The translations under genes and the position numbers were made by a program. From NCBI GenBank assembly GCA_038999725.1, contig JAWBWS010000001.1, positions 129,711 through 193,710 of the forward strand: a stretch of 64,000 nt of DNA, read 5' to 3'. How positions within the stretch are numbered: the first letter of the stretch is position 1; every line of letters begins with the position of its first letter. The DNA comes from Candidatus Aenigmatarchaeota archaeon. Its GTDB lineage: Archaea; Aenigmatarchaeota; Aenigmatarchaeia; CG10238-14; SCSR01. Below the pieces are notes generated by a model. It had not been told where the DNA came from. It made no database searches and was given only the letters and a program-made list of their open reading frames with translations. Shown in pieces: positions 10,272 to 19,735 of this stretch.

Positions 10272-10529
10272 GTTACAAAATTGACATTTTCATGAAAAGC
10301 TTTAAATATCAATATAACCTAGTTATTTTAGGGTGTAAGAAGTGGGCGATGGTTTTTGCATTGATTAAAACTTTTTCCACTTTGAAAAATAGAATTCCAA
10401 ATCCTATTAACCCCATGAAATTTTACATATCAAATTTTTTAAGAACCAATAGGAGGAATGTTAACATCAAAGTGTCTCGATATTTTTCTTGCTCTAAAAA
10501 CAAACCTAAAATAGAGTTAAAGTTACTAA

Positions 10530-10634
10530 GCCAGGGTGGCAGAATCAGGCTATGCAGTTCAGTTCAAATGAGTAGAATGGCCTGCAGAAGTTTGTTGGTA
10601 GCCACCTATGCGGGTTCAAATCCCGCCCCTGGCT
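10530..10634 (+). tRNA. tRNA-Cys (GCA) with two introns (10558-10577 at 27/28; 10588-10599 at 37/38)
   Basis: Acceptor GCCAGGG/CCCTGGC, U73; T-arm GCGGG-TTCAAAT-CCCGC; removing both inserts restores GTGGC-CTGCAGA-GCCAC; relaxed BHB motifs. Confidence 0.85.
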
Positions 10635-10647
10635 CTTGGTGAGAGAA

Positions 10648-12057
10648 ATGCTTAAAGTCTTCAACACTCTCACAAGAAAAAAAGAGGTTTTCAGGCCCTT
10701 AGAGGACAAAAAGGTCAAGATGTTTGTTTGTGGTCCTACTGTTTATGATCTCTCTCATCTGGGACATGCAAAGACTTACATTCAGTTTGATGTAATAGCA
10801 AGATATCTAAGGTTTAAAGGATACAAGGTTTTCTATCTCCAAAACATCACAGATTTAGATGATAAAATTATTGAGCGTGCAAAAAGGGAGGGTGTAGACC
10901 CACAAACCATAGCAAGAAAGTTTGAAGAAGAATACCACAAAGACATGAAAGCTTTGAATGTTATTTCGGTAGACAAACATGCTCGTGCTACTGACTACAT
11001 AAAAGAAATAATAAGTCAGGTTGAAAGATTGCTCAAAAAAGGATTTGCCTATGAGATAGAAGATGGAATTTACTATGATATAACAAAATTTGAAGAATAT
11101 GGAAAGCTTTCAAGAAGAACTGCTTTAGAAGCTGAAGATGCTGTATCAAGGATTGATGAAAGTGTAAATAAAAGAAATAAAGGAGATTTTTGTTTGTGGA
11201 AGAGATCTAAGCTAGATGAACCAAAATGGTCTTCTCCTTGGTTTGAAGGTAGACCTGGATGGCATATAGAAGATACAGCAATTACAGAAGCTCATTTTGG
11301 CCCTCAATATGACATTCATGGTGGTGCAAGGGACTTAATTTTCCCTCACCATGAAGCAGAAATCGCTCAAATGGAAGCTATCTCTGGTAAAAAACCTTTT
11401 GTGAAGTATTGGCTACATACAGGCTTTCTCACAGTCAATGGAAGAAAAATGTCTAAATCCTTAGGAAATTTTGTGACCATAAGAGATGTTTTAAAGAAAT
11501 ATGATGCCGAAGTTATAAGACTCTTCTTCGTTTCTTCTCATTACAGAAGTCCTATAGACTACAGTGAGAAGAAATTAGAGCAAATGAAAAAAAATCTTGA
11601 AAAATTGTATACTACTTTACAAAACCTCCAAGAAGCCAAAAAAAGAAGAGAAAAAACAAAAACTGAGAAAGAGTTTGAAAAATTTTTAAAGAAATGTGAG
11701 AAAGAGTTTGAAAAATTCATGGATGATGATTTCAACACACCAAAAGCACTTCTTTCTTTATATCAACTTTCTAACAAAACTAACAGTCTACTCGATAAAC
11801 AAAATAATGAAATAAATGAAAGACTCGCAGAAAAAATAACTGAAACTTTCAGAAAGCTTGGTTACATTTTCGGCATACTGCAAAAAGAGGTGAAGAAAGA
11901 GAAAGTTCCAGAAGAAGTTAAAAAGTTGGTTGAAGAAAGAGAAAAATTGAGGAAGATGGGTGAATTTGAAAAGGCTGATGCCTTGAGAGAAAAGATAAAA
12001 TCTTTGGGTTACCTAGTTGAGGACACAAAAGATGGACCAAAGTTAAAGAAAGCTTAG
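10648..12057 (+). CDS. cysS: Cysteinyl-tRNA synthetase
   Basis: CGPTVY, HLGH, GRPGWHIE, DLIFPHHE, KMSKS; start at ATG 10648 after GGTGA. Confidence 0.96.
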   Translation: MLKVFNTLTRKKEVFRPLEDKKVKMFVCGPTVYDLSHLGHAKTYIQFDVIARYLRFKGYKVFYLQNITDLDDKIIERAKREGVDPQTIARKFEEEYHKDMKALNVISVDKHARATDYIKEIISQVERLLKKGFAYEIEDGIYYDITKFEEYGKLSRRTALEAEDAVSRIDESVNKRNKGDFCLWKRSKLDEPKWSSPWFEGRPGWHIEDTAITEAHFGPQYDIHGGARDLIFPHHEAEIAQMEAISGKKPFVKYWLHTGFLTVNGRKMSKSLGNFVTIRDVLKKYDAEVIRLFFVSSHYRSPIDYSEKKLEQMKKNLEKLYTTLQNLQEAKKRREKTKTEKEFEKFLKKCEKEFEKFMDDDFNTPKALLSLYQLSNKTNSLLDKQNNEINERLAEKITETFRKLGYIFGILQKEVKKEKVPEEVKKLVEEREKLRKMGEFEKADALREKIKSLGYLVEDTKDGPKLKKA

Positions 12058-12611
12058 TATTGAATCCCTTTTGTTGTCACAAGTTCTTTCGGAGATTTCA
12101 CTTCAATTATCTCATTGACAAAATCTGCCCTATCTATAAGCTCTTTTGGCGCATACCTTCCAGTTAAAACAACCTGAGTTCTTTTTGGAACTTTTTCCAA
12201 AAGCTCAAGAACTTCTTCTACCTTCAAAAGACCTAAATACACTGCCAAGTTTATTTCATCCAAGACTAAAAGATGGGGTTTCTCCTCAATCATTTTCTTC
12301 TCTGCAAACTTAAGGGCTCTCTTCGCAAGCTCTTTATCTAACTCCTCCACCGATCTTACCTTGAATTTCATTCCTCTATATTTTACTTCATGTTTCCCAT
12401 CAACTTTAAGCCAACCTGGTCTTCCAAACTGATAAATTTTGTAGTATCGCTTAAGCATATTTCTTATTCTATACTCACCTATATTCTTCCACCACTTCAG
12501 GAATTGGATTATAATAACTTTCTGTCTATGACCAACTGCCCTTAAAGCAAGACCAAGAGCATTCGTTGTTTTACCGGCACCAGTTCCTGTGTAAAGATAA
12601 ATGTAACCCAT
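12054..12611 (-). CDS. cobO: Cob(I)alamin adenosyltransferase (CobO/BtuR type)
   Basis: YTGTGAGKTTNALGLALRAVG, IQFLK, LVLDEIN, LTGRYAP, KGIQY; start reassigned to ATG 12611. Confidence 0.9.
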   Translation of the reverse strand: MGYIYLYTGTGAGKTTNALGLALRAVGHRQKVIIIQFLKWWKNIGEYRIRNMLKRYYKIYQFGRPGWLKVDGKHEVKYRGMKFKVRSVEELDKELAKRALKFAEKKMIEEKPHLLVLDEINLAVYLGLLKVEEVLELLEKVPKRTQVVLTGRYAPKELIDRADFVNEIIEVKSPKELVTTKGIQY

Positions 12612-12619
12612 ACTTTCAC

Positions 12620-15214
12620 TCAAGATATTACACAAGTACTCCATCCACAATCAAGACATTTTATACACCCACTTTCTTCAACTATCCTTGAAGAGCCACA
12701 CTCAGGGCAAATGTCCCCCCTAAACTCTTTTATTTTCTTAGGACCCTCTTCAGTATTGTTCCAAAAATCATAAACCTCTATTCCAAAATTTTTCAAAATT
12801 TCTAAGGTTTTGTTTTTTATGAGTTTTATGACTTCTTTTTGTCTATTCTTAACTTCAGAAGGTGGAGAATAAAGAACTTGTCTTGTTTTTGAACCATCTC
12901 TATAGATAGTTATCCCTTTACATCCAAGTTTATAGGCAAATAAAAATGCATTTTTAACATCATCTGGAATTACCCAATTTGGCATGTTTATTGTTTTACT
13001 TGTAGCTGCACAAACCCATTTAGTTATTTCGGCTTGAGCCCTCACATGATCCCACCAAGGTATGTCTAATGCTGTGACAAAAACTTTTCTTAGCTCTTCT
13101 GGAATTTCAGCCAAACCTTGGATACTCCCACCATTTTCTTTAATTTTCTTCAAAATGTAATCTTCATACAAACCCATAAGTTTTAATTGTCTTTCAAACT
13201 CTACATCGGTATAATAAAAGCTCCCTATCGTGACAATTTTTTCAAAAACCAAAGCATATTGAGGCTCTATACCAGAAGACACATCACAAAGCATTGATAA
13301 ACTACCTGTCGGGGCAATTGTCGTAACTTCAGCATTTCTTATCCCATTCTCTTTAATCATCTCAACAACTTTATTCCAATCTTGAGTCCAGATGTTTCTT
13401 TGATAAAAACCTTCTATTGGCATTTCGTCTGGATAACTTGATTGAGAAAAGAGTGGGAAAACTCCTCTTTCTTTTGCTAACTCACTTGATCTCAACATAG
13501 CATTGAAAGTTATGAATTCCATCACTCTGCTCATCATTTCAAAACCTTCTTCAGAGTTATAAGGTATTTTAAGTGCAAACAACATATCAGCAAGCCCCAT
13601 AATACCTAAGCCTATTTTTCTACTCGCTTTAGTCTCTTTCTCTATTTTTTCAAGTGGGAACTTATTCACATCTATAACATTATCTAAAAATTGAATCGCT
13701 ATTCTTATGGTTTTCTTCAACTCATCCCAATCAAGAGTTCTGTTTCCCTCTCCATCATCCTTCAAGTGAGCATATAAGTTGATTGAACCTAAGTTACAAG
13801 ATTCATAACTGTACAAAGGTTCTTCTCCACAAGGGTTGGTTGATCTTATTGGTCCTTTTGATTTTAACAAAACATTTCTTCTGTTCAAATTATCGAAAAA
13901 TATCATTCCTGGGTCACCTGTCTTCCATGCATTCATTGCTATTACATTCATGAGATGTCTTGCTTTAACTTTCTTCCAAACTTTTCCTGTTCTTGGGTTA
14001 ACCAGTTCATAAGTTCCATCTTCTTCATAGGCTTTCATGAATTCCGGATAAACTAGAACTGAAATGTTAAAATTCTCTAACACACCTGCGGTTTCTTTTA
14101 CAGAAATGAATTTTTCTACATCAGGATGGTTTATATCAAGAATTCCCATACACGCTCCTCTTCTTTTACCACCTTGTTTTATAACATCTGTGATTGTATC
14201 AATGATTTTCATAAAACTGATTGGGCCACTAGCTATTCCACCAGTAGAAGATACCACATCTCCCTCTGGCCTTAATTTAGACCAGTTTACACCTATCCCT
14301 CCACCAGATTGGAAGATGAGAGCCGCCTCTTTAGCTGTCTCCATTATCGACCTCATATCATCATTAACATCCAAAACAAAACAAGCTGATAGTTGTGAAA
14401 GTCTTGTACCAGCATTGAAAAGGGTTGGTGAATTTGGCAAGAATTTTTTACTTGTCATCAATTCATAGTAGCTTATGTAATTTTGATAATAAGTTTCGAA
14501 ATCTTTTTTCTCAATCATCTCAAGAAGTTTTGACCAGGTGACTTTCATTTTACCTTCCCTATTTAACTCTTCGTATAAATTTTTCATCCTCTCAAGATGC
14601 CATCTATTCCATTTAAGCTCACCAATACCAATTTTCCCTTCATATACTTGTGGGTCGAAATCTTCTATAGGCTTAACCTCTTGTCCACCACTTACATCAA
14701 AAACTTTTGGATCGTGTAATATGTCTGGTATAACTATTAGGGCAGCAACCCTTTGGAAAAGTTGTTTTGGTGATTCCACTATCCTGCCCTCTTCATCCCT
14801 AAGTAAATACCTGGAAGCCAAGATTTGAATTGCATTCAAAGAAAAAGCTTTATCAACTTCATCAACGAAATCTTTTTGCAAAATCTTTTTCTTTTCTTCC
14901 CTTATCAAAGTTTTTTCTTTCCTGTACAAGATATAGGCCTTGGCTGTTTTATAATGACCATGCTCAACTAAAACTTTTTCGACCAAATCCTGAACTTGTT
15001 CAACTGTAGGAATTTCTCCAGGTTTAAGTTGAGCTTTCAAGAGTTCTACAACCTTATCAGCAAGAAAGTAAGCCCTTTGTTTATCTTTGCCACCAACAGC
15101 CTGTGCCGCTTTCCAAATGGCTTCTGCAATTTTTATTTTATCAAAATCAACTACCCTTCCATCTCTTTTAATTATTTTAGAAATCTGAACCTCATTGGTT
15201 TTTTCCTCGCCCAT
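12620..15214 (-). CDS. nrdJ: Class II (AdoCbl-dependent) ribonucleotide reductase with ATP cone and C-terminal Zn ribbon
   Basis: IIKRDG ATP cone, PNSPTLFNAG, SACFV, TNPCGE, TIAPTG, CPECG..GCIKCLDCGWS; no intein. Confidence 0.95.
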   Translation of the reverse strand: MGEEKTNEVQISKIIKRDGRVVDFDKIKIAEAIWKAAQAVGGKDKQRAYFLADKVVELLKAQLKPGEIPTVEQVQDLVEKVLVEHGHYKTAKAYILYRKEKTLIREEKKKILQKDFVDEVDKAFSLNAIQILASRYLLRDEEGRIVESPKQLFQRVAALIVIPDILHDPKVFDVSGGQEVKPIEDFDPQVYEGKIGIGELKWNRWHLERMKNLYEELNREGKMKVTWSKLLEMIEKKDFETYYQNYISYYELMTSKKFLPNSPTLFNAGTRLSQLSACFVLDVNDDMRSIMETAKEAALIFQSGGGIGVNWSKLRPEGDVVSSTGGIASGPISFMKIIDTITDVIKQGGKRRGACMGILDINHPDVEKFISVKETAGVLENFNISVLVYPEFMKAYEEDGTYELVNPRTGKVWKKVKARHLMNVIAMNAWKTGDPGMIFFDNLNRRNVLLKSKGPIRSTNPCGEEPLYSYESCNLGSINLYAHLKDDGEGNRTLDWDELKKTIRIAIQFLDNVIDVNKFPLEKIEKETKASRKIGLGIMGLADMLFALKIPYNSEEGFEMMSRVMEFITFNAMLRSSELAKERGVFPLFSQSSYPDEMPIEGFYQRNIWTQDWNKVVEMIKENGIRNAEVTTIAPTGSLSMLCDVSSGIEPQYALVFEKIVTIGSFYYTDVEFERQLKLMGLYEDYILKKIKENGGSIQGLAEIPEELRKVFVTALDIPWWDHVRAQAEITKWVCAATSKTINMPNWVIPDDVKNAFLFAYKLGCKGITIYRDGSKTRQVLYSPPSEVKNRQKEVIKLIKNKTLEILKNFGIEVYDFWNNTEEGPKKIKEFRGDICPECGSSRIVEESGCIKCLDCGWSTCVIS

Positions 15215-15320
15215 TCAATTCACCGAGAAGCTAAATTTAAAATAAATTATCCTTCAAATATCCATTTCTCTATTGCAGAATTTATATCTAAAAATACAAA
15301 TTTTTTTAAAAGTGAGAAAA

Positions 15321-16478
15321 ATGGATTTGTATTTTATTTCAGTTTTGATTTTTCTTTCAGTTTTGGTAATTTTAATCTATAGAGATAGGAAGAACATAGA
15401 ATTTAACCACATCATCTTGATAAGAAGAACAAAAACTGGAATTAAAATTCTAGACAAATTGGCAAAACCCAAATTTTTTTGGAAATTTCTGGGAACTTTT
15501 GGTATTGTTGTTGTGTTTTTCTTGATGTTCAATGGACTTGCAAGTCTAATTGAATATGGCAAACTTTTGTTATCGGGAGAAGTGAAGACACCTGGGCTAA
15601 GTTTTGTTTTTCCTTCAATAAAATCAGAAGTTGAAGCTGGTCCCGGATATTTGTTGCTACCATTTTGGTTTTGGTTTATAATCATAATTTCTGTGATAGT
15701 GCCTCATGAATTGTTACATGGAATTATGAGTAGAGTAGAAAAAATAAGAGTAAAAAGCGTCGGCCTTTTATTATTAATTGTTTTGCCTGGTGCTTTTGTC
15801 GAGCCAGATGAAAAACAATTGAAAAGAGCAAAATTTATCTCTAAACTCAGAGTTTTTGCTTCTGGTAGTTTAGCGAACTTTATTGTTTATTTGATCGTCT
15901 TCAATCTCACCTCCAATCTTATATGGCCATACCTTTTTCCTGGGCCGATAGTTTTAAAAGAGGTAAACGCCAGTAGCCCCGCTGCCCAAGCTGGTTTAAA
16001 GCCTGGCATGATAATAAGTGAGATAAATTGTAAGCCTGTGAAACTAACTTATGAAGAATATTTAATTGGATCTAAATATCTTTTAGAAGAAACAAGGGGT
16101 GTAAAACCTGGGGATGAAATCAGCGTCATAGCCAATGGTACAGAATTTAAGATTAAGGTTGGTTCTAACCCTGAGAATGAAGCTCTCCCTTATTTTGGAA
16201 TAATTTATTCTCCAATCACAAAGAATGAAAAAATGTTTCCAACTTTTCTCCTCCAATTACTTACTTGGATGTGGATTATAAACTATGCTGTCTCTGTTTT
16301 TAACATATTGCCCATATATCCTTTAGATGGTGGGATGGTCGTCCAAACAATTGCAGAAAAAATTAATAAAAAACATGTGAAAGGAATAACTTTTGCGATA
16401 ACAATAACGACTTTAACAATACTGCTATTTACTTTCATTGCTCCATTTCTTTTACAGATAATCTCTCTATCTTCCTAA
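15321..16478 (+). CDS. Site-2 protease (M50) with PDZ domain
   Basis: HELLHG, GAFVEP, SPAAQAGL (PDZ), NILPIYPLDGG. Confidence 0.92.
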   Translation: MDLYFISVLIFLSVLVILIYRDRKNIEFNHIILIRRTKTGIKILDKLAKPKFFWKFLGTFGIVVVFFLMFNGLASLIEYGKLLLSGEVKTPGLSFVFPSIKSEVEAGPGYLLLPFWFWFIIIISVIVPHELLHGIMSRVEKIRVKSVGLLLLIVLPGAFVEPDEKQLKRAKFISKLRVFASGSLANFIVYLIVFNLTSNLIWPYLFPGPIVLKEVNASSPAAQAGLKPGMIISEINCKPVKLTYEEYLIGSKYLLEETRGVKPGDEISVIANGTEFKIKVGSNPENEALPYFGIIYSPITKNEKMFPTFLLQLLTWMWIINYAVSVFNILPIYPLDGGMVVQTIAEKINKKHVKGITFAITITTLTILLFTFIAPFLLQIISLSS

Positions 16479-17019
16479 TTTCAAAATTTTTCACAGGATA
16501 AATTTTTTTCACTTCAGCTATTATCCTCATCTTTATTTCATCTGAAATTAAACTTCTTACAAAATCATCTAAATTCATACCCTCAATCTCTCTCTTGATC
16601 ACCTCTTCTATTTTTTTGTGAATATTTTTTTGGACACTGCTTTTAGCTTTTCTTGAAACCACACATAAACTTTTTATTCTCAGTTTTACTTTATCCTTTG
16701 TCACAACATCTTGTATTACATCTATTCTTCTAACCCTTCTTACAACCATTCTCGAGATATAATCTTGAGTACATTCTGTGCCGTAAAATTCGGTAAACGC
16801 TTTATTACCTTCAACTCTGTTTATCCTGAATAAAATTTTTAAATAATATTTGTTCATATTGTCTGAAACTTCTAGCGCATTTATAATAATTTTTCTACCT
16901 ATGAGCAAATTCGGATCACTAACAAATGTTACACCTATTTCTTTCTCACCAAAAATTTTTGGTAAAATTATTGTATAAGTTTCCTTTGTTTTAGCTTTCT
17001 TTTTTACCAAACATCTCAC
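16435..17019 (-). CDS. rps3ae: 30S ribosomal protein S3ae (eS1)
   Basis: LIGR, DYISRMVVRR, VTKD, KKIYPVKNFEIRK; conserved neighbourhood. Confidence 0.9.
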   Translation of the reverse strand: MRCLVKKKAKTKETYTIILPKIFGEKEIGVTFVSDPNLLIGRKIIINALEVSDNMNKYYLKILFRINRVEGNKAFTEFYGTECTQDYISRMVVRRVRRIDVIQDVVTKDKVKLRIKSLCVVSRKAKSSVQKNIHKKIEEVIKREIEGMNLDDFVRSLISDEIKMRIIAEVKKIYPVKNFEIRKIERLSVKEMEQ

Positions 17020-18364
17020 CCAATTTTTTATCTATAATATTAACAAAATCGTCTTGTAAGTTTTTATCTATTAATGCTCCTGCTGCATGGGCATGTCCAC
17101 CTGCTTCACCCTTAAGTAATTTTGCTACATAACATAAAACCTCTCTCAAGTTTATATCAACATCTTTAGGCGCCCTAGCAGAAATTTTAATAGCACCATC
17201 ATCTGTTTCTGCAATCCCAAAAACAGGGTTTTTGTTGTTAAAAATATTTGAACTCAAAGCAATTGATGTTATCGTTCCAATCAAAGTGTCTTTAATCTTC
17301 TTTCCTGCTGAGATGAAATTAGCATTTTGTGTTGAAAAAATTATGTTACCCTCCCTCAAAAGTTTTATACTTTCGTTTATCTCTCTTCTGTATTCCTCCA
17401 TTATTTCCCACACTTTGGTAATATTTGAATCTCCTAGACATAAGCTTATTCCAATATCAACATTGCCTGTTCTTCCACAAGCATTTAATATAGTTGCAAA
17501 CTCTCTTGCATCTTGTAGCTCTTCTTCTCTGTCTAAGAGAGTATAAATTTCGCCAAATATATCAATAGCATTTGGTTGTGAAAATTTAAGCCTCTCCAAA
17601 ATTATTGCTGAAGCTAGTTTTTGTTGCTCTTCTATAGTCAAATCTTTGAGTTTCTTCCACTCATTATTTTCTTTAACAGGAATGTTAAGCTCGGATAGAA
17701 ATTGAACTGCTTGTGATTCAGAACCACTTATTCCAGGAATAAATGGATCAAAGCTGTATTCTAAACACTTATGAATCGGTCTTATATTTCTACCATAAAG
17801 TCTTATGCCCTTGCTCACAACAATCTTACCAAGAATTTCGGCTTCCTCCAAAATTTTTCTAGCCATACCTTTTAATTTCCAACCTTCATCTTGTTCATCA
17901 CCAAGTGCACCAACTATTGCCAAATCTATTAAGTCTGTGTTTTGAAATGAAATGTTTTTTGCAAACAAGTAGCAAATTATGGATGACGAAACTTCTTCCT
18001 CATTAAACAAGAGTGGATTAAGATGAAAAAGATTAGCAGTATGAAAATCTTCTGGTTCATGATGATCCAAAATAAATACTTGTGTCTTTTTTAAAATTTC
18101 TTTCAAAAAAGTAACTTGTCCACTTCCTAAATCTGTAAAAATAAAAACATCTTCACCTCTAACTTTAATTTTTTCTATAATATTTTGTGTTAACTGTTTC
18201 ACGATTCTCAACTCAAAATTCTGTCCACTCCTCAACAACATTTTCGAAACTATGGCAGCACTTACCAAACCGTCTGCATCTAGATGAGAAAATATCTTTA
18301 CCACTTTTTGATTAACTATAGACTTAAAAATCTTGGATGCTCTCTCAATTTCTTCTAGGAACAA
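16991..18364 (-). CDS. RecJ-like DHH phosphoesterase
   Basis: HLDADG, TDLGSG, DHH, GGHAHAAG; typical position between rps15 and rps3ae. Confidence 0.9.
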   Translation of the reverse strand: MFLEEIERASKIFKSIVNQKVVKIFSHLDADGLVSAAIVSKMLLRSGQNFELRIVKQLTQNIIEKIKVRGEDVFIFTDLGSGQVTFLKEILKKTQVFILDHHEPEDFHTANLFHLNPLLFNEEEVSSSIICYLFAKNISFQNTDLIDLAIVGALGDEQDEGWKLKGMARKILEEAEILGKIVVSKGIRLYGRNIRPIHKCLEYSFDPFIPGISGSESQAVQFLSELNIPVKENNEWKKLKDLTIEEQQKLASAIILERLKFSQPNAIDIFGEIYTLLDREEELQDAREFATILNACGRTGNVDIGISLCLGDSNITKVWEIMEEYRREINESIKLLREGNIIFSTQNANFISAGKKIKDTLIGTITSIALSSNIFNNKNPVFGIAETDDGAIKISARAPKDVDINLREVLCYVAKLLKGEAGGHAHAAGALIDKNLQDDFVNIIDKKLGEMFGKKES

Positions 18365-18368
18365 GTTA

Positions 18369-18836
18369 TCACTTTTGTACTATTAGTCTTGCTTTCTCTG
18401 GAGAGTATTCCCAATCTTTGGGTAACATTCCTCTCTTAGAATAATATTTTCCAAGCCTTTTTATCTTAGATTCTAAATTTTGGAGCCCCCTTAAAGAATG
18501 TTTATCTTTTTTATGTTTTTCTAGATGAGCTCTCAAATTTACAGCTTTTCTCAACAAATTCATTAAATCTTCCGGAATTTCTGGATAAACCCCCCTTTCC
18601 TTCATTATCTCAGATATATCTTTACCCACAATTGTTTTAACATCTGGAATTCCATATTGATCGCGCAAAATCATTCCTATTTGAGCTGAAGTTAATCTTT
18701 GTTTTGCAAGTTTTTCTATTAAATCCTCTATCTCTTCTTTCTTCAACTTCACCCATTTTGGCACAATTTTAACAGGAGGTTTATGGCTACCTGCTCTTCC
18801 TCTTTTCCCAGAATACATCCTCGCCATTAAAACCAC
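18369..18836 (-). CDS. rps15: 30S ribosomal protein S15 (uS15)
   Basis: [35 protein letters not shown]. Confidence 0.96.
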   Translation of the reverse strand: MVLMARMYSGKRGRAGSHKPPVKIVPKWVKLKKEEIEDLIEKLAKQRLTSAQIGMILRDQYGIPDVKTIVGKDISEIMKERGVYPEIPEDLMNLLRKAVNLRAHLEKHKKDKHSLRGLQNLESKIKRLGKYYSKRGMLPKDWEYSPEKARLIVQK

Positions 18837-18867
18837 TTAATTTATTTTTTAAATAATATTTATAAAT

Positions 18868-19092
18868 TCAATCGAAGAATTCTTTTAAAAGCCAGAGTAA
18901 AACTAAAACTACAGTTGAAATAAAACTTAAGAAACTTCCAACCATCAACAAAATTGCAGCCAAACCTTTGGGGTTAATTATTGATATTAAAAAGCCTATA
19001 AATAAGATACCTACACCAAAAACTATTCCAAGAATTGAAGAATTTTCTGCAGTTTCAAATTTGTTCTTACCTTTTACTTTTCCTATCAACAT
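18868..19092 (-). CDS. Small two-TM membrane protein
   Basis: Two hydrophobic helices; fills gap in operon; start uncertain. Confidence 0.6.
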   Translation of the reverse strand: MLIGKVKGKNKFETAENSSILGIVFGVGILFIGFLISIINPKGLAAILLMVGSFLSFISTVVLVLLWLLKEFFD

Positions 19093-19702
19093 ACCTAGCT
19101 CTAGCTTCAATCTCCTCCACCCTTTTTAAAACTTGTTCTGCATCTTTATATTCTTGTTTATATCCTTTAACTATATTTTCCCAACAGATATCTAAAATTT
19201 TAAAATGTGTTGACTTCAAAGCCTCAAAAAGGAGATTCAAATCAACTCCTTTATCTTCCATTCTTTTTGAGAAAAACCCAAGACCAAAATCTATGAAATA
19301 AATTTGATTATCTTTCAATATCATGTTTGAAGTTGTCAAATCTCCATGAATTATTCCAGCCGAATGAAGCTTGCCTATGAGCCTGCCAACTTCAAAAGAT
19401 ATTCTTTTAATATCATCTTCGCAAGCTTTTGAAAAGAATTCTTTTAATCTCTCCCCTTCGATAAATTCCATTATTATCTTAAATTTCTTATAATCAACAT
19501 CGATGATTGTTGGTGTGGGCACGCCGACCTTCCTAGCTTCTGTCAAAAGCTTTACTTCTTCATTTGTCCTTTCTTTTCTAAGCTTGACATCTATTTGTTC
19601 TATCCTGTAATTTTTCTTAATCCTCTCTTTGATAAGAACCTTTTTATCTTCAATTTCATCTAAGTAAAGAATTGCCTCAGCCCCCCGCTTCAAAATCTGC
19701 AT
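19067..19702 (-). CDS. bud32: KEOPS kinase Bud32
   Basis: RGAEA, KERIKKNYR, HGDLTTSN, IDFGL. Confidence 0.95.
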   Translation of the reverse strand: MQILKRGAEAILYLDEIEDKKVLIKERIKKNYRIEQIDVKLRKERTNEEVKLLTEARKVGVPTPTIIDVDYKKFKIIMEFIEGERLKEFFSKACEDDIKRISFEVGRLIGKLHSAGIIHGDLTTSNMILKDNQIYFIDFGLGFFSKRMEDKGVDLNLLFEALKSTHFKILDICWENIVKGYKQEYKDAEQVLKRVEEIEARARYVDRKSKR

Positions 19703-19735
19703 AAAAAGAAAATCATATGTTAAAAATAAATTCCT

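Noticed and set aside
10292..10642. 116-aa ORF from the track
   Set aside because: Runs through the tRNA-Cys gene and has no recognisable motif
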